This document shows, piece after piece, positions 41,201 to 55,633 of a DNA stretch of 64,000 nucleotides (position 1 is the first letter of the stretch; each line of letters starts with the position of its first letter). The stretch is from the human T2T-CHM13v2.0 reference genome, Homo sapiens: assembly GCF_009914755.1 (NCBI RefSeq), contig NC_060934.1. One strand, given 5' to 3'. The notes under the pieces were generated by a model. That model did not search any database. It was not told the origin of the DNA and worked only from the letters and a program-made list of their open reading frames with translations. The position numbers and the translations under genes are program-made.

Positions 41201-41688
41201 ATTCTGGGTTGAATTGTATCCTCCCCAACCCCCACCGAAAAAAAAGACATGCTCTTCAACATATCTTCCTAACCCCCAGTATCTCAGAATGTGACCTTAT
41301 TTGGAAATAGGATCATTGCAGATATAATTAGTTAAATAAAAATGAGGTCATACTGGAGTAGGGTAGGCCTCTGATCCAATATGACTGGTGGCCTTATTAG
41401 AAGATGGCCATGTGAAGACAGAAACACACAAGGAGAAGACCATGCAATGATGAAGACAGAGACTGGAGTTATGCAGCTGAAAACCAAGGAACAGCTTCTT
41501 ATGTACTTAATTTGTGTCAGATTTCACTACGTGTCAAAGCTTGCTATAAAACCACCAGAAGCTAAGAAGAGAGGAAGGATTCCCCTACAGGTTTCAGAGG
41601 AAACACGGCTCTGCTTACACCTTGATTTCAGAGGTACAGCTTTCTAGTTTGTGCTCCTTTATTATGGCAGCCCTAGGAAACTAAAGCA
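41201..41688 (+). mobile_element. MLT1C-like LTR
   Basis: ctcagaatgtgaccttatttggaaatagg...gagactggagttatgcagc...ggcagccctaggaaactaaagca. Confidence 0.88.
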
Positions 41689-41874
41689 GCCCTCATGAGT
41701 TTTAATGGCCTCATGGCTTCTGACACCAAAATGCCCCCAAAACACCTTTGATCTGAATTTTGTCAAATTTTGAACACTTATAGGAGATGATATAACTAGA
41801 ATATGATGAGATACTTATTAAATAAAGCCCAATGACTCCATGAATTCCAAGTAAAAGTTAAGTAAATCCCTTAA

Positions 41875-42078
41875 AATCAGAGCTAGAATAATTGTTCTGC
41901 CACTCATTAGCTCTGTGATCTTAAGCAAGTTATTTAACTTCTTGGGGCCTCTGTTTCCTCATCTGTAAAACAAAATATCTACCTCAAAGGGTTATCATAA
42001 AAACTGGACGAAGTAGTGATGCATGCAAAAGTACTTAGAACAGTGCTTGATACAGAGTGAGTACATAATCGATGCTCT
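41875..42078 (+). mobile_element. MIR
   Basis: tagctctgtgatcttaagcaagttatttaac...gtttcctcatctgtaaaa. Confidence 0.85.
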
Positions 42079-42265
42079 TCTTCTTTTTCATCTCCTACCC
42101 CTCCTCCTCCACAAGTGCAGCTGAACAAATTCAAAATGATAGTTCATCAAATAATTGCAACAATATGCTAGACACTCATATAAAGATCCATTGTAATGTA
42201 GTCATTTTGCAATGGAAGTTTGGCCGTGTGACAAGAATGTGCCCCTGATATGTCTCCTTGCAGGT

Positions 42266-42655
42266 TACTATGAACTGAATTGTGTCCTCCCCTGGCAAAC
42301 TCATACGTTGAAGCCCTAATCCTCAGTGTGATTGTATGTGAAGATAGGGTCCTTGGCAGATAACTAAGGCTACAGGAGTCATAAGGGTGGCACCCTAATT
42401 CTATAGGACTGTAGCCTCATAAAAAGACGGAGAGAGAGAGAGAGCTCTCTCTATGGCAAGCACCGAGGAAAGGCCACATGAGCGTGCAGTGAGAAGGCAG
42501 CTGTCTGCAAGGCACAGAGTGCACTCACTAGAAGCCAACCACGCTGGCACCCTGATCTTCCTCTTCCCTCTTCAGAGCTGTGAAAAAATTAATATCTATT
42601 GTTTAAGCCACCCAGTCTATGGTGTTTTGTTATGGCAGCCAAACTGACTAATTCA
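42266..42655 (+). mobile_element. MLT1A-like LTR
   Basis: gttgaagccctaatcc...gaggaaaggccacatgag...gtttaagccacccagtctatgg; TSD caggt/cagat. Confidence 0.88.
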
Positions 42656-42829
42656 CAGATTCAACACTCAAAGGGTTAAATATATATACCTCTTGGAACA
42701 GACAATGTGGATCTCCCTGCTTGGCTGATCCTCCTTCCCTACTAGTCTTCCAAATTTGTAGTGCTATAGGGCCCTCTTCTTTACCCTTGGTCTTCTATCT
42801 CAATCCAGCCCAAGGCTTTAAATACCATG

Positions 42830-43185
42830 TGAAATGGTTTGAATGTATATGTCCCCTTCAAAATTCATATTGAGACTCAATCCCCAATGCAGCATTGTCA
42901 AGAGGCAAGGCCTTTAGGAGGTGATTAGGTCGTGAGGGAGCTGCCTGTATAAATGAATTAGAACCTTATAAAAGGGATGGAGGGAACTAGCTAAGCTCTT
43001 TTTGTTCTTCTCCTTTCTCCCATGTAAGGATGCTACAGTGAGAAGATGCCAGGTCCTCATCAGACACCAAACTTGCTGGTGCCTTGATCTTGGACTTCCC
43101 AGCCCTTAGAACTGAGAGAAATAAATGTCTATAATTTATAAATTACCCAGTCTGTAATATTGTGCAGCACAAAGTGACTAAGACA
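42830..43185 (+). mobile_element. MST (MSTD-like) solo LTR
   Basis: atggtttgaatg...ggcctttaggaggtgattaggtc...ttataaattacccagtct...gactaagaca. Confidence 0.88.
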
Positions 43186-44603
43186 TCGTATGTATACTGA
43201 TGACATACAGATTTAGTCCTCAACTCTTCCTTCAACTGCAGGCCTATGTGTCCAACTTCCTTCTTGACTCCTCCACTTGGATGAATAATAAATAGCCACC
43301 TCAAATATTTTAAAGTCCAAAACAAACCCTTCATTGAACTGTTTGTTCCCTCTTTTCAACCATGCCTTGTCCATGTGGACACCCCCACCCCAAAAGTCAT
43401 CCTTGATTTCTTTTTCTTTACCCCCTCTGCCCACATCCAACCCATCAGTAAGTCTTGTCAGTTCTACTTCCAAATTATGTTTTTAATGTTATTCCCATTT
43501 CTCAGTTCCACTATCACCACCACGACTATTTCTTGCCATAGTCTCATTTCTTGCCATAGTCTCCTAAATGGTCTCCCAGTCTCTAGTCTTGCTGTCTTAT
43601 AAATTCCTCTCCACTCAGTAGCCAGAGTTATCTTTCATAAAATATAATTTTAATTTTACAAAAAAAATACATGTGCAGAGTTTAAGCAGGCAGAGTTCAA
43701 CAAATGATACCACCAAAAGGAAACAAACAAACAAGACATACCAATACCTTCCAGATAAATAATTTTTAATGGCTTCAGCTCAGAGTTATCTTTTCATTTG
43801 TTTGTTTTTGGTTAGGTTTTTTGAGGTACAATTTGCATAGAGTAAAATGCAGCAATTCACATATTTAGGTATACATTCCAGTGACTTTTGACAAATAAAT
43901 TCAGTCATGTAACCACTATGATAAAAATATAGAATATTTCCTTTACCCATAAGATATAGATGGATATAGATATAGATATAAAAGATACAAGGTCTCCTTC
44001 TGTTGCCCTTGAACTCCTGGGATCAAACCTCCTGCCTCACCCTCCCAACTAGCAGGGATTACAGGTTTGAGCCACTGTACCCGTCACCATAAGTTATATT
44101 TTAATACATTAACTGAATCATGTCAACTCTTTAGGCAAAAAGCCTTCAGTGACTTTCTTCTAACTTAGAATAAAATTCAAACTCTTTGTCAGGGTCCTTG
44201 AAGCCCTACAAAACTCACTTCCATTTACTTCTCTGAACTCCCCTAATAACAAGTCCCCTCACTCAGCAGGGCCCTGCTAAGGAGTTTCAATCTGCTTCAT
44301 GGACATTCAACCTGCCTCTCCCCTTGTCTGGAATGATCTTCCTCTGATGTTCCATCCACCTTACTTTTTCTGATCTCTTTATTCAGTGTAGCTTTCAATT
44401 CACCTCAAGTAAGTTATTAATTATTTTATCCTGTTTATTTCTTATCACAATTTGGGATAATTTTGTTAATGTATCTTTTTGCTTGTTTATGTCTTAGACC
44501 ACCAGAATGTAGCAAGATAAAGGCAGGACCTTGGTCCATTTATGCAACACTATATTCCCAGCTCCCATGATATTATCTATTCTACCACACAGAGGGTTCT
44601 TCA

Positions 44604-44679
44604 TATTAGGTTGAACTATTTGGAATTACCCACATATGACCATTTTTAACCTACAAGAATGGCGATTTCATATGGTTCA
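44604..44679. mobile_element. MADE2 (mariner MITE)
   Basis: tattaggttgaac...atttcatatggttca palindromic ~80-bp element. Confidence 0.75.
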
Positions 44680-45070
44680 TTTGGTTTATAAATACTTGCT
44701 GAATAAATGAATGAACTGAAATTTTGAGTTGATGCCACCAGGAAGAGAATAGACAGTTATATTTGTGCACAGTTAGAAAGAGTTCGCTGTCCTGAGTTCA
44801 CTTGATCACTTTTTATCCTAAATTGCCACCCGCTACCGTCGTCGTCTTCCACATAATAATTTTCTATTAGGAAAATTATTCATTAAAACAGATAACATGG
44901 GTCACTTAAGTGTAAAACTTAAAGGTAACACTTTTTTAAGGAAATCTACCAGAAGAAAATCTTTTTCTAATTTTTAAAGTTTAATGAAACATAATTTACA
45001 TACAATGTAAATGGCTAATAATTTACGTACGATAGCTAATTTTTAACTCTTCATGTTTTTCTGTTGGCAG

Positions 45071-45124
45071 GCAACGTGTTGGACCTTCCGGAGCTTCTCA
45101 GAAGACAGAGGGTTTTCTTTTGAG
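45071..45124 (+). other. candidate internal exon (54 nt)
   Basis: branch-like ttaac followed by tcttcatgtttttctgttggcag|G; donor GAG|gtaaat. Confidence 0.35.
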
Positions 45125-45164
45125 GTAAATTTGATAGTACATTTTGATAGTACAGGAGGCGATA

Positions 45165-45405
45165 CGGCATGGTGACAGAAAAGCGCCGGCTTGGTTAGCG
45201 GGACCACCTGGCAGGGCTGCAGGCTGTGCCACTTACCAGGCAGGGGACCTTGGGCCAGCTGCTTGGCCTCACTCACCCTGTTTCCTCAGCTGCAATTGGG
45301 ATGAACAGACTGCCTGCTTCGGGGTTGCCTAAAACTCACATTGCTTAATGATGTGAAATGCTTAGCGCAGTGCCTGGCATAGAGAGAATTCTCATTAGAT
45401 GATAC
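45165..45405 (+). mobile_element. MIR
   Basis: gccacttacc...gaccttgggc...tgtttcctcagctgcaattggg...gcttagcgcagtgcctggcatag. Confidence 0.75.
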
Positions 45406-47214
45406 CTCAGCTGGGCTTTAGGAGCTACAGAAGAAGCTGCATCTCCATGAGCTCAGCGTGTTTCTAGCTTTCCTTTTTGTTTTCTATTCAACCTTTCACC
45501 CAACTCAGCTTCTCAATCCCTAAATGACAAAGGTTTGGGAAGGAAGACTTGGACCGATGCTTGCATTTGTTTCTGAGAATTAAACGTTATGTTTTCTTCA
45601 ATCCAAATAGGTTTGCTTGTACAGCCTTGTTCAATGGTTTTTTTTTTTTTTTTTTCTCCATGATAAATGACTCTCAACTTCTTTTCCCTCATTTAATTGC
45701 TTATCTACATACAATGCCTGGAAGGAAATAAATGTAATGGCCCGTAGCAGTTGGCCTTCAGGTATCAAGTTTAAGTCCCTTTAAGCAGAACAGCAAATTG
45801 AGCACAGAATGAACTGGTTTCATGGTAGCGTACTGCAATTAGATGCAAGAATAGGGAAAGCAGGGTGCTTCAATTGGTGACACAATTAGTATAGCACTGG
45901 GGGACTTCTCTTTCCACTTCTTCAACTCCGCCTGCATTCCGCTGGCTGAAGAGTTGATGACATCCCTGAAAAATCTTCCCTCTCTTGTTTCTCTGATGCC
46001 ACCTCTGTGTTCTCCGCCTCACTGGCCACACTTCCTTTACCTCCCAAACTTTTAACTCTGAGTGTCCCAAACTTGTCTCATCACCTACCCCTGCTGCCCA
46101 GCTCCCCAGCCTGTTCCCCTTCTGACACGGGCACTCTCCTTCTGCTGTCTTGGGAGAGAAACAATGAAGGCCTAGTTGGCACTTTTATTTCTATTCAAGG
46201 AACCAGACTGTGAACAAGTTTACCATTTAGTCCTTTGGACTGTGTCTTGAATTCATCCCTCTTCTCCATTCTCACCAGCACCATCATCATGATGGCTAAT
46301 ATTTCCTGAGCACCTTTCATCCAGGCATGATGCCAGGTGCACCAACTTACTTAATCCTCATAGCCACCACCTGAGCAAGCTCCTGTTTTATAAATGGACC
46401 AGTTCTTGTTGCTATTGTACAAGTTATTTTCTTTCTATAACGTCCTCCTTGTCCTCCTTCCACATTCTTAAAGAAACTTGCCCTTCCTTTAAAGTACTCA
46501 GGGAGCCCTGCATTGCTTCTTGAAGCCTTCTCCAGCTTCATCATCTCACAGTGGTCTCTCTTTTCACTAAATGTCCAATATGCTGCACATAAGTACCCCA
46601 AAGTTAGCACAGAATTGTTCCATGGCTGTCATATATGTTAAAAATCATTAAAAGTTCATTTTTTCTCTCATTATGGGAAGGATACATGCTCCTACTAGTA
46701 AATTTAGTAGGTAGAAAAAAATTATCACTATCTAGACTGCTTTCCATTTAGTCTTTATGCATAGCTTTCTGTCTGCCTATTTTTACCTTGTGTTTGTAAC
46801 TTACTATTATAAAATATGCGTCTCTATGTGCATTGTCAACATTATTTACAATAACATGGAGTGGATTGACACGTATTCTCTATATTTGGATTAAAGGAGA
46901 TAGAGTATGTGAAATTAAATGGGAGAAGTATCTGATACATAACAGGCAATACAAATATTATCACATAGCGTCAACTTATTTGTGAATATTGAAAGCTCCA
47001 AAAAAGAAAAAAGGTTTTTTTTAATTCCCGTAATCACTTATTGCAGTATTGTGTACATACAAAGTGCTCAATCATTTTGGAGGAATAACAATTTTTTTTC
47101 CTCATCATGAAGTAAGGTATGCTCACTGCAAAAAATCTAGAAAATAAAGAGGAACATACTAAAGAAAAGAATACTCCCATATAATCTCTGTCTTCATAAA
47201 TAATCTTTTGTAAC

Positions 47215-47762
47215 ACTTATACACTGCTGGTGGGAATGTAAATTAGTTCAGCCATTGTGAAAAGTAGTGTAGCAATTCCTTGAAAAACTTAAAATAGAAT
47301 TACCGTTCAACCCAGCAATCCCATTATTGGGCATATACCCAGTGGAATGTAAATCATCCTGCCATAAAAACACATGCACATGTATGTTCATTGCAGCACT
47401 ATTCACAATAGCAAAGACATGGAATCAACCTATATGCCCATCAGTAGTAGACTGAATAAAGAAAATATGGTACATATTCACCACAGAATACTAAGCAGCC
47501 ATAAAAAAGAAAAAGATCATGTCCTTTGCAGCAATATGGATGGAGCTAGAGGCCATTATCCTAAGCAAACTAATGAAGAAACAGAAAACCAGATACTGCA
47601 TGCTCTCACTTATAAGTGGGAGATACACCATGAGAACACATGAACACAAAAAGCGGAAAAAGAGACACCATGGCCTACTTGAGGGTGGAGGCTGGGAGGA
47701 GGGAGAGAATCAAAAAACTTCCTATGGAGTACTATGCTTATTACCTGCGTGATGAAATAATC
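47215..47762 (+). mobile_element. L1PA (about L1PA15/16) fragment lacking its extreme 3' end
   Basis: cacttatacactgctggtgggaatgtaaattagttcagcc...gatgaaataatc, then an abrupt stop. Confidence 0.9.
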
Positions 47763-50114
47763 ACTTTGAACGTGGTCAGTACATTATCTTCTAATCTAGA
47801 CTCTTTTCTATGTTCTATATACACACAGAAATACACATGCAAAGCTGAACACATGTGTGAAACAAAATTCAGACACTCAAATTTTCCGCCAACACGTGAT
47901 AAAATCTTGCACAATAGCTTCCTCCACAGAGGAAAATGTCTTTACTACATCTTAAAAATGGGGTAAATGAATAGTTAGGCTCTTCAGTGTAATAATCATG
48001 ATAAATATTCTCAATATGCGAAAATACAAACAAAGGACTTTCTCTCCCAGCAAATTTAGACCCACATGAAAATTTAAGCACAATCATTTTAAACGAATTT
48101 ATCCTGGAGCTTAGTGGTTCGAGTTCAAGGTTGAGGAGCAGTCTGGGGACATCAGCTCTTAATATTTTTCAAGTTTTGGAGCAAGTGGTTTCTAGGTTCT
48201 GAGTGAAGTGAAACAGAATCTCTAGGGGCATGTGGTAAAGATAATCCCATACTATGTACTGCGTAGAGTTAAAGAGAAGAGGCGAGAGCATGAAGATAAA
48301 CCAGTACAATCAGTCGTTCACATACCACTAACTACAATGATACTCCCATTTGCTTCCTGTGAAGTAGTTACTAATAATCACTGATGTCGCTTTTTAATTT
48401 CATACATCCTTTAACTGTCTTCATATAGGTATTGAAAGAGTCAACATAAAAGCCACATCCATTTTCTAATTTTGAACAATAGTTAGAGAAACCTAATATC
48501 TTCTCATATTTTTGTCTTGCTTCTGTCTCATGAGTTCCCAAAATAGATATATTATCTGAATGAAGAGTTCATGGGCAAATGTCACACTTTTCTTGGTTTG
48601 GCTAATTATATTTCTGCTTTTGCTTAGAATAAGATTAATTTTCCTATTCTGCTAATAAACCACGTGATGGCAAAATGCCTTATTCTGAGAAAAGAAGCCT
48701 TTGGTATTTTAAAGAATTGGGAAGCTATTTCAGATAAGCTATCATATGCATGAAGATTAATTTATTCATATGAAATGTTCAATAACCAGAAAAGACTGTT
48801 TTAAATAAAACCATTTCACAATTAAGTTTTTTTTTGGTTATGGACAGTGATTTCTTCTAAGAAACAAAGCGCCTGTCTATATGAAGAATAACTAAAATAA
48901 TGGTTAGCAAATATTGATTGGATCCAGCCAAGTGAGCAGCATTTTTGAGTTTACAGATGTGGTAACTTTGAACTATATTTACGTGCTTATAATGAAACCT
49001 TACAGTTGGAGTAATAGCTTTGTTCCTGAGTCTCATGAATATTTTCCAGCTCCTTTGTCCTAAATTTCTGCCTGACAATCATCCATTTCAAGGAATAAAA
49101 GGATATAATAAGTGATAAACCTATGCTGGAAATTTTTAATCTAAAAAGTTCACATACTGTTTCTAATAAACTGAAAACTATTAGAGAAAGATGGAGGTAT
49201 TAAAACCTGTTAATAAGGAAATCAATGGCAACATATTTTAAATGGTTTTGAATTTTATAAAGATTTTCTTTTATAGCACTATGTCCTTTTTCTTTTCTTC
49301 TCCTTGTTTGATTTCCAACAGCTGAGCTATTTACTTGTTGAGTTATTTCATATCTATTATTCCATTTAGACCTTGAACCCTGTGAGGGCAGGGACTAACT
49401 TTATTCCTAGTGCCTGTCACATGATTTGAACTAAATAAGTATATTTTTCCAGCCTGCACTACTACGTACAATAAGGAGTTTCTTATATTTACTTGAAAAT
49501 GTTTTCAACCTTCTAGGGATGACCTCTACTATTATTATTCCATTATTGACCTTTCTATGCTTATTATTGACCTTTCATCTTATTATTCTGATTTAGTAAG
49601 CAGATTTTATGTCTCCTTGTCCATACCATTCAAGGCTATCTAGATTTCAATTGTATCTTCAGATTTTTACCTTCCACATTGATGAGTCCCAATGTGAACC
49701 CTCCAAAGCAGGTTCCTACTGCACTCATCAGTTTCTTTGGTTGAGGGATAGTGGCCACTATGTCCTTCTCAGGATGTTGGAGACATGATGAAATAAAGAC
49801 GGTGATATTAGCCCCCTAACTGTAATCACTCATGCTGCTCCCACCCATGTCTACCCACTGGAACAGGGAGTGGTGGCATTGGGGTGGTACAGGGCTTGCC
49901 GAGGATGTTGGCTTATAGCTGTATCTCCAAACATCCAGAGCATGTCTTCTTTTTCACCTCTCCTTTAGAATCTGCTTCCTCGAACCATCCCTTTAAGTGC
50001 AGGAAGAAAGCTATTTTTAATGTGAAAATTACTGTTCCAGTTATCTCATGGTGGAAATTCTTAATGGGCTCTTACTTTGGGCATCTGTCTGGCTCTCAGT
50101 GCCAGTAACTTTCT

Positions 50115-50294
50115 TTTCTTCTTATCTTTGTTTTGTTTTGTTTTGTTTTAAAGATGGGGTCTCCGTCACCCAGGCTGGAGTGCAGTGATATGATCATAGC
50201 TCACTGCAGCCTTGAACTCCTGGGCTCAAGCAATCCTCCCACCCCAGCCTCCCAAGTAACTGAGACTACAGGCACCCACCACCGTGGTTGGCTA
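50115..50294 (-). mobile_element. Alu right monomer (FRAM or 5'-truncated AluJ)
   Basis: single arm; TSD tcagtgccagtaactttct / tcagtgctaataactttct. Confidence 0.88.
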
Positions 50295-50685
50295 TCAGTG
50301 CTAATAACTTTCTGAAGCTCCATGCCTTTAACTCCAGCGTTCTTTACTTAGTGTTTTGAAATATCTGCTGCCCACAAATCCTAGCACATTTCTGAAGTTA
50401 CCAAGACTTTAAGACCTCCCATACTGCTTTTTCTCCCATCTTCCCTTCTCAGTGTTATTAGCCTCATAGTTTCAAGGGCCCAGCCCAGTATCCACCACAC
50501 ACCATATCCCATACGTACAAATACAGCATAGATAGTATTGAACATTTCATTTTTCACTTTAGCTTGGTGAAAATTAATATGTATTTAGGTATTTTATAGT
50601 TATGACTCTTAGTTTTGGGTTGTCTATCTGCTCCATCCTTATTTCTACCTTTAAATGCAGAGCTATTTCCACCAGCTTGAGATAA

Positions 50686-50923
<238 letters not shown>

Positions 50924-52075
50924 TAAATTATTCTCTCTGCAGCCAGTTTCTTTATTCCAGCCTGAGTCATTTTCTTGCCCTGGGTGACATTTTTCCGTCT
51001 TGGACATCTGTCGTATTGAAAGCAAGTCACTTCATTTATGTCTGTCCTCGACTTCTGTTTGATACACTTCCCATGTCTCCAAGTCACGGTATTTCTGAAA
51101 CAATTCATATTGCTTTTCATTACTAAACTTTTTTTCCAAAGTACTCCTCTGCAGCCTTCATTCCTGATATCTTTAAATTTATCTAGAAGGTCTTATATGC
51201 TAGATCTACATCTCCTTTAGACACTTATCATTAACCCAATTTAGGGTAACAGAAATTGTTTTTTACATTGAGCACTCTCACAGGTACCTACAACTGCTCA
51301 CAGTGGTCCTAGAAAGGACATAAAGTAAATTGAAATGGACATCGTTTGGCAGGTGATTTTTGTATCCTTCCTGACGATGCTGGTTCAACTTTAACATACA
51401 GGTCTAATGTTTTTTTAATCCCTAACCCAATTAATAATACAAAAGTAATACATATTCATTCTAGAGTATTTGGAAAATATAGCTAATCCCAACAACCAAT
51501 CAGAGATAACTACTTATCTTTTTCCTTTCAGTCTCTTTTTATATACACATACACTTAAACCTATCTCCTTATCAAATTGTGATGAGTTATACACATAGGG
51601 AATTGAAATAACCAAATATTTCTATAATTCTTATAAGTAAAAATAGTAATAAAAATGACATTCAATTTTTACTTGTTGATTCCGGTGTGCGTTTTCCTCT
51701 TTTAAAATAGTTGTTTAGTTTTCCAAATTGGCCAGCAAAAACTTACTTAATTTATAAAGTTACTGAAATACTCTCTCTTTAAAAATGAAAAAATATGATA
51801 TAATAATTTTAATGATAAAATGAAAAAGGTAATAAAATAGAAAAAATATTTATCTTGAATGTTGGAAATTGAGACAAAGCATATTCAATGTTCAATTGAA
51901 TGACTATCAAGTGGTATCTGGAAAATTTTATAGAAACCTAGTATTTTTATAGATGTTTTTGAAAAGAAATACTGGTTATTGGGTTTACTTCACTCAAGAA
52001 ATCCTTTTGCTTAATAGGGGTATATCATTAATACTAGTTAAGTGTTGGTTATTGTATTGTATAAGTGTTGGTTAT

Positions 52076-52427
52076 TGTATCTTCACAGTGCTATAAAGAA
52101 CTACTTGAGAATGGGTAATTTATAAAGAAAAAGAGGTTTAATTGACTCACAGTTCTGCAGGGCTGGGGAAACTTACAATCATGGCAGAAGGTGAAGGAGA
52201 AGCAAGACACATCTTACATGGTGGCAAGAGAGAGTAAAAGAGCAAGGGGGGAATTGCCACACCTTAAAACTATCAGATCTTTTGAGAACTTACTCACTAT
52301 CATGAGAACAGCAAGAGAGAAATCCACCGCCATGATCCAGTCACCTCCCCCCATGCCTTTCCTCTAACATGTGGGGATTACAATTTGAAATGAGATTTGG
52401 GTGGGGACACAGAGCCAAACCATATCA
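52076..52427 (-). mobile_element. THE1 (THE1D-like) solo LTR
   Basis: gggtaatttataaagaaaaagaggtttaattgactcacagttc...gatttgggtggggacacagagccaaaccatatca. Confidence 0.92.
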
Positions 52428-52834
52428 GTTGTGTAGATTGAATATTGAAATATTGAAATCTTGAGTCATATAATGAATACTGAAATATATGTAATTCTCA
52501 AATTATGAACACTTAGCTGGCAAAGGTTCTTATATGTGAATGGCTCATTAAGCTTTGGATTTCCTTTCCACTGTGTTGCTGCCCTGGATGACAACACTGC
52601 TGTCCATACAGACAGCACCACCTATTGGCCAGCACCCAGGGCCCACTCTGAGTGATTTCCTTACCACCTTTCCTTTTTCTCAAGGTCCTCATGGCCCTGC
52701 AGTGCTTGAGTACTTGTCTTTGACTGCTGGGAATCAGTTTGTTTGGCTGAAGACTGTCACACTTATCCACACATTCTTTAAAATCCCTTTCTTCTTCTTA
52801 CACTTCTCTTCCAAAGCTTGCCTGGTTACCTTAG

Positions 52835-53236
<402 letters not shown>

Positions 53237-53399
53237 CTTTTACTTTTTTTTTCTTTTCTTTATTACCAAGCTTCTGCTTTGCTTCTTCCATTCTTCTTTC
53301 CTGTTTTCTAAGGGATTACTGAAGTGTTTTATTTTTTTCTCTTTTTCTTTTTTCTCCTCATACTGGTTTGGAAATTATATATTTTCTTTGCATTCTTTC

Positions 53400-55228
53400 A
53401 GTAGTTGCCATTGAAATATTTTTAGTTGAATATTTCATTACATTCCCATTCCATCTTTGTTTTTATATTTAGATTTTATTTCACCAAAAATTTTAAAAAC
53501 TCATAGTTGAAAATATCAGATACTTCCTCATGAGCCTTATATCCCTCCTTCCTTCCCCTGAAACAATCATTTACATTTCTTTTACTGGTCATGTTGGTAT
53601 CTACTTCCATGTCTCTAAAAAACATTCATTTCTCAATTTCTTATATTTCTCAATTTTCCAGTTTTTGGTATTATCTACTGACTTCCCACTCTAGAAAATG
53701 ACTGCTCCCACCATATATGTGCCTTCTTTCCTCTTCACGCCCTCACAATACAGTCATATTATGTTTGCGTTTGATATCAAGCAATATATTTACATTAATA
53801 TAACTATGCACAAACTGTTCACAGCTGAGCCATGTAGGAAACTATGATAAATTTTTCTTTCCTGAGCAGCTTTTTGCTTGCCCTGGAGCTAATTATCTTG
53901 TTTTACCATTTGCTTAGTTTTCTATGTACTTATCACTAATTTAATCCCAAATTATTTGCCAGTTCTCTAAATCTTCTCTTAAGCTACTAAGATGCATTGC
54001 TTTCATCTTCCTGACAAAATATGCTTCATTCTTCTGATGGCCTATTGGTCTTTATGCCTGATGCGTAAGACATAAAGCTGTCATCTTGGGACTTTCCCTC
54101 AGCATCATTCTGGCCTCACTGTCTTACTCTCCTACATGTGTCTCCCAACCTGGGTGTATGTCCTGGGTGTGTTGCCCTGATCTTCCACTTTATTGGTTTA
54201 ATTTCTTGTTTTGGTGAAGATGGTAAGTTCTGGACAGCTTAGTTAGGGAACCCTGATGTTACTGCATTTAGGTTTTCCTCCTGGACTGATCAGGTAAGAT
54301 TCTTCCAATCTCCTGTCAGAAGAGTCAAAGTCTGCTACTACTATTTTGGATCTGGGTCAAGCGAGATAGTGGAGTAGAGAGAGGTGGGCATTCAGTATGC
54401 ATGCATTTTCTTAAGCTGGCTTTGTTCAGTACAGTGCTCCCAACTTCAACCCTGCTTGGGATCCCCAAGCAGGAAACCTGTTCTCTCTCTCCTGTGAATA
54501 TGCTTCCTGGGAAAGAGAAGGGAAATAGAAGCGGTAGTGTACCTTTTCATGATTGGAAAGGATCTAGTGATCTGACTGCTTCTTAAATAAACTTTCAACG
54601 CATCATTCTCATTTTAGTCTCTCCTCTTCACCACACTTCCAGAAGAATCTGATGCTGCCAATTCCTGACACTTGAAGGCTCTTGAGTGTAAAACAAGTTG
54701 CTTCTTGGCTTTCCTGCTGCTGGTTTAGTACTTTAATTTGGGAGTTCTGCTAAGTCTTTTCTCACTCATCCAATTTTCCAAAATTGTGTTATTATTGTTT
54801 ATTTTCCCATGGCCCAGGACTTAAAAAAATTCACTGACAAATTAACTGGATTTGGGGAGGACCAAATTTGATGCATGTGTTTAATTTACTCCCTACATCT
54901 GGGAGCTCCATTAAATTTTTACAAGTATAACTTGACATAATAAAATCTAAATTTAATTAATGTATTTACCCTTCACCTCAAAAATACAAGGGCTTTAGAA
55001 ACTTTCAATACTAATTACCCCATATTCCTTATTAATGTTTATTGTTTAAATTCTGCCTTTTAAATACCCTCCATCTCCAAATTAGCCATTGTTCCCCATT
55101 ATTGTTGTGTATAAGAGTGCTTATTCAGATATAGCCAGATGTTTATACATTTCTTGGTCCACCATTTCTTCTTGCATGTGACTCCTTCTTTCTGGGTTCA
55201 GTGTCCTTACCATTGAAGTACATCTTTA
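53400..55228 (-). mobile_element. very old L1M-type fragments
   Basis: T-rich diverged L1-like text; boundaries uncertain. Confidence 0.4.
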
Positions 55229-55229
55229 C

Positions 55230-55633
55230 TGAAGATGCTGTTGGTGTCCTGTCCAGAATCTCTTCAATGAGCTGGCGTACTCATCCCTTAGCTGCTGAGA
55301 GTGTTGGCTGCTAATAGTTCACACTCTTTCCCTGAGGATTCCATTCAAGCCAACAATTTCAGAAAATGCCTGGAAGGTAACAGCCTTCCCCCGTGGGTAG
55401 CTCACAGCCAATGACTGATTGATACGGGTGTACAGAACTGAGGCTCCAGAACTCCCTGTGGGATCAGACTGAGGCTAGACTTCAGCTAAACCCATATCTT
55501 TCCCAGCTTCTTTTCCTGTCCTATTCTGCTTCCTTCCTCGCTGTTCAGATTTCTTCTGAGAGCACTCCCTCAGGCAATCACTTGGACAGGAATCTAATTC
55601 TCAGGGTCAGCTGCAAGAGCCCAATCTAAGACA
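55230..55633 (+). mobile_element. ERVL LTR (LTR16A-like)
   Basis: tgttggctgctaatag...cagccaatgactga...gggatcagactgaggctagactt...gagcactccctca...ctaagaca. Confidence 0.8.

Larger units (their letters stand above)
42770..44716 (+). mobile_element. L2, interrupted by an MST LTR, an L1M piece, an Alu monomer and MADE2
   Basis: ggctttaaataccat|...|tatactgatgac, cccacatccaacccatcagtaagtcttgtc, tail ataaatacttgctgaataaatgaatgaa. Confidence 0.75.

Noticed and set aside
45000-47762. Naming the locus or lncRNA family from vague familiarity of this segment
   Set aside because: Recognition is too weak to support without a search.
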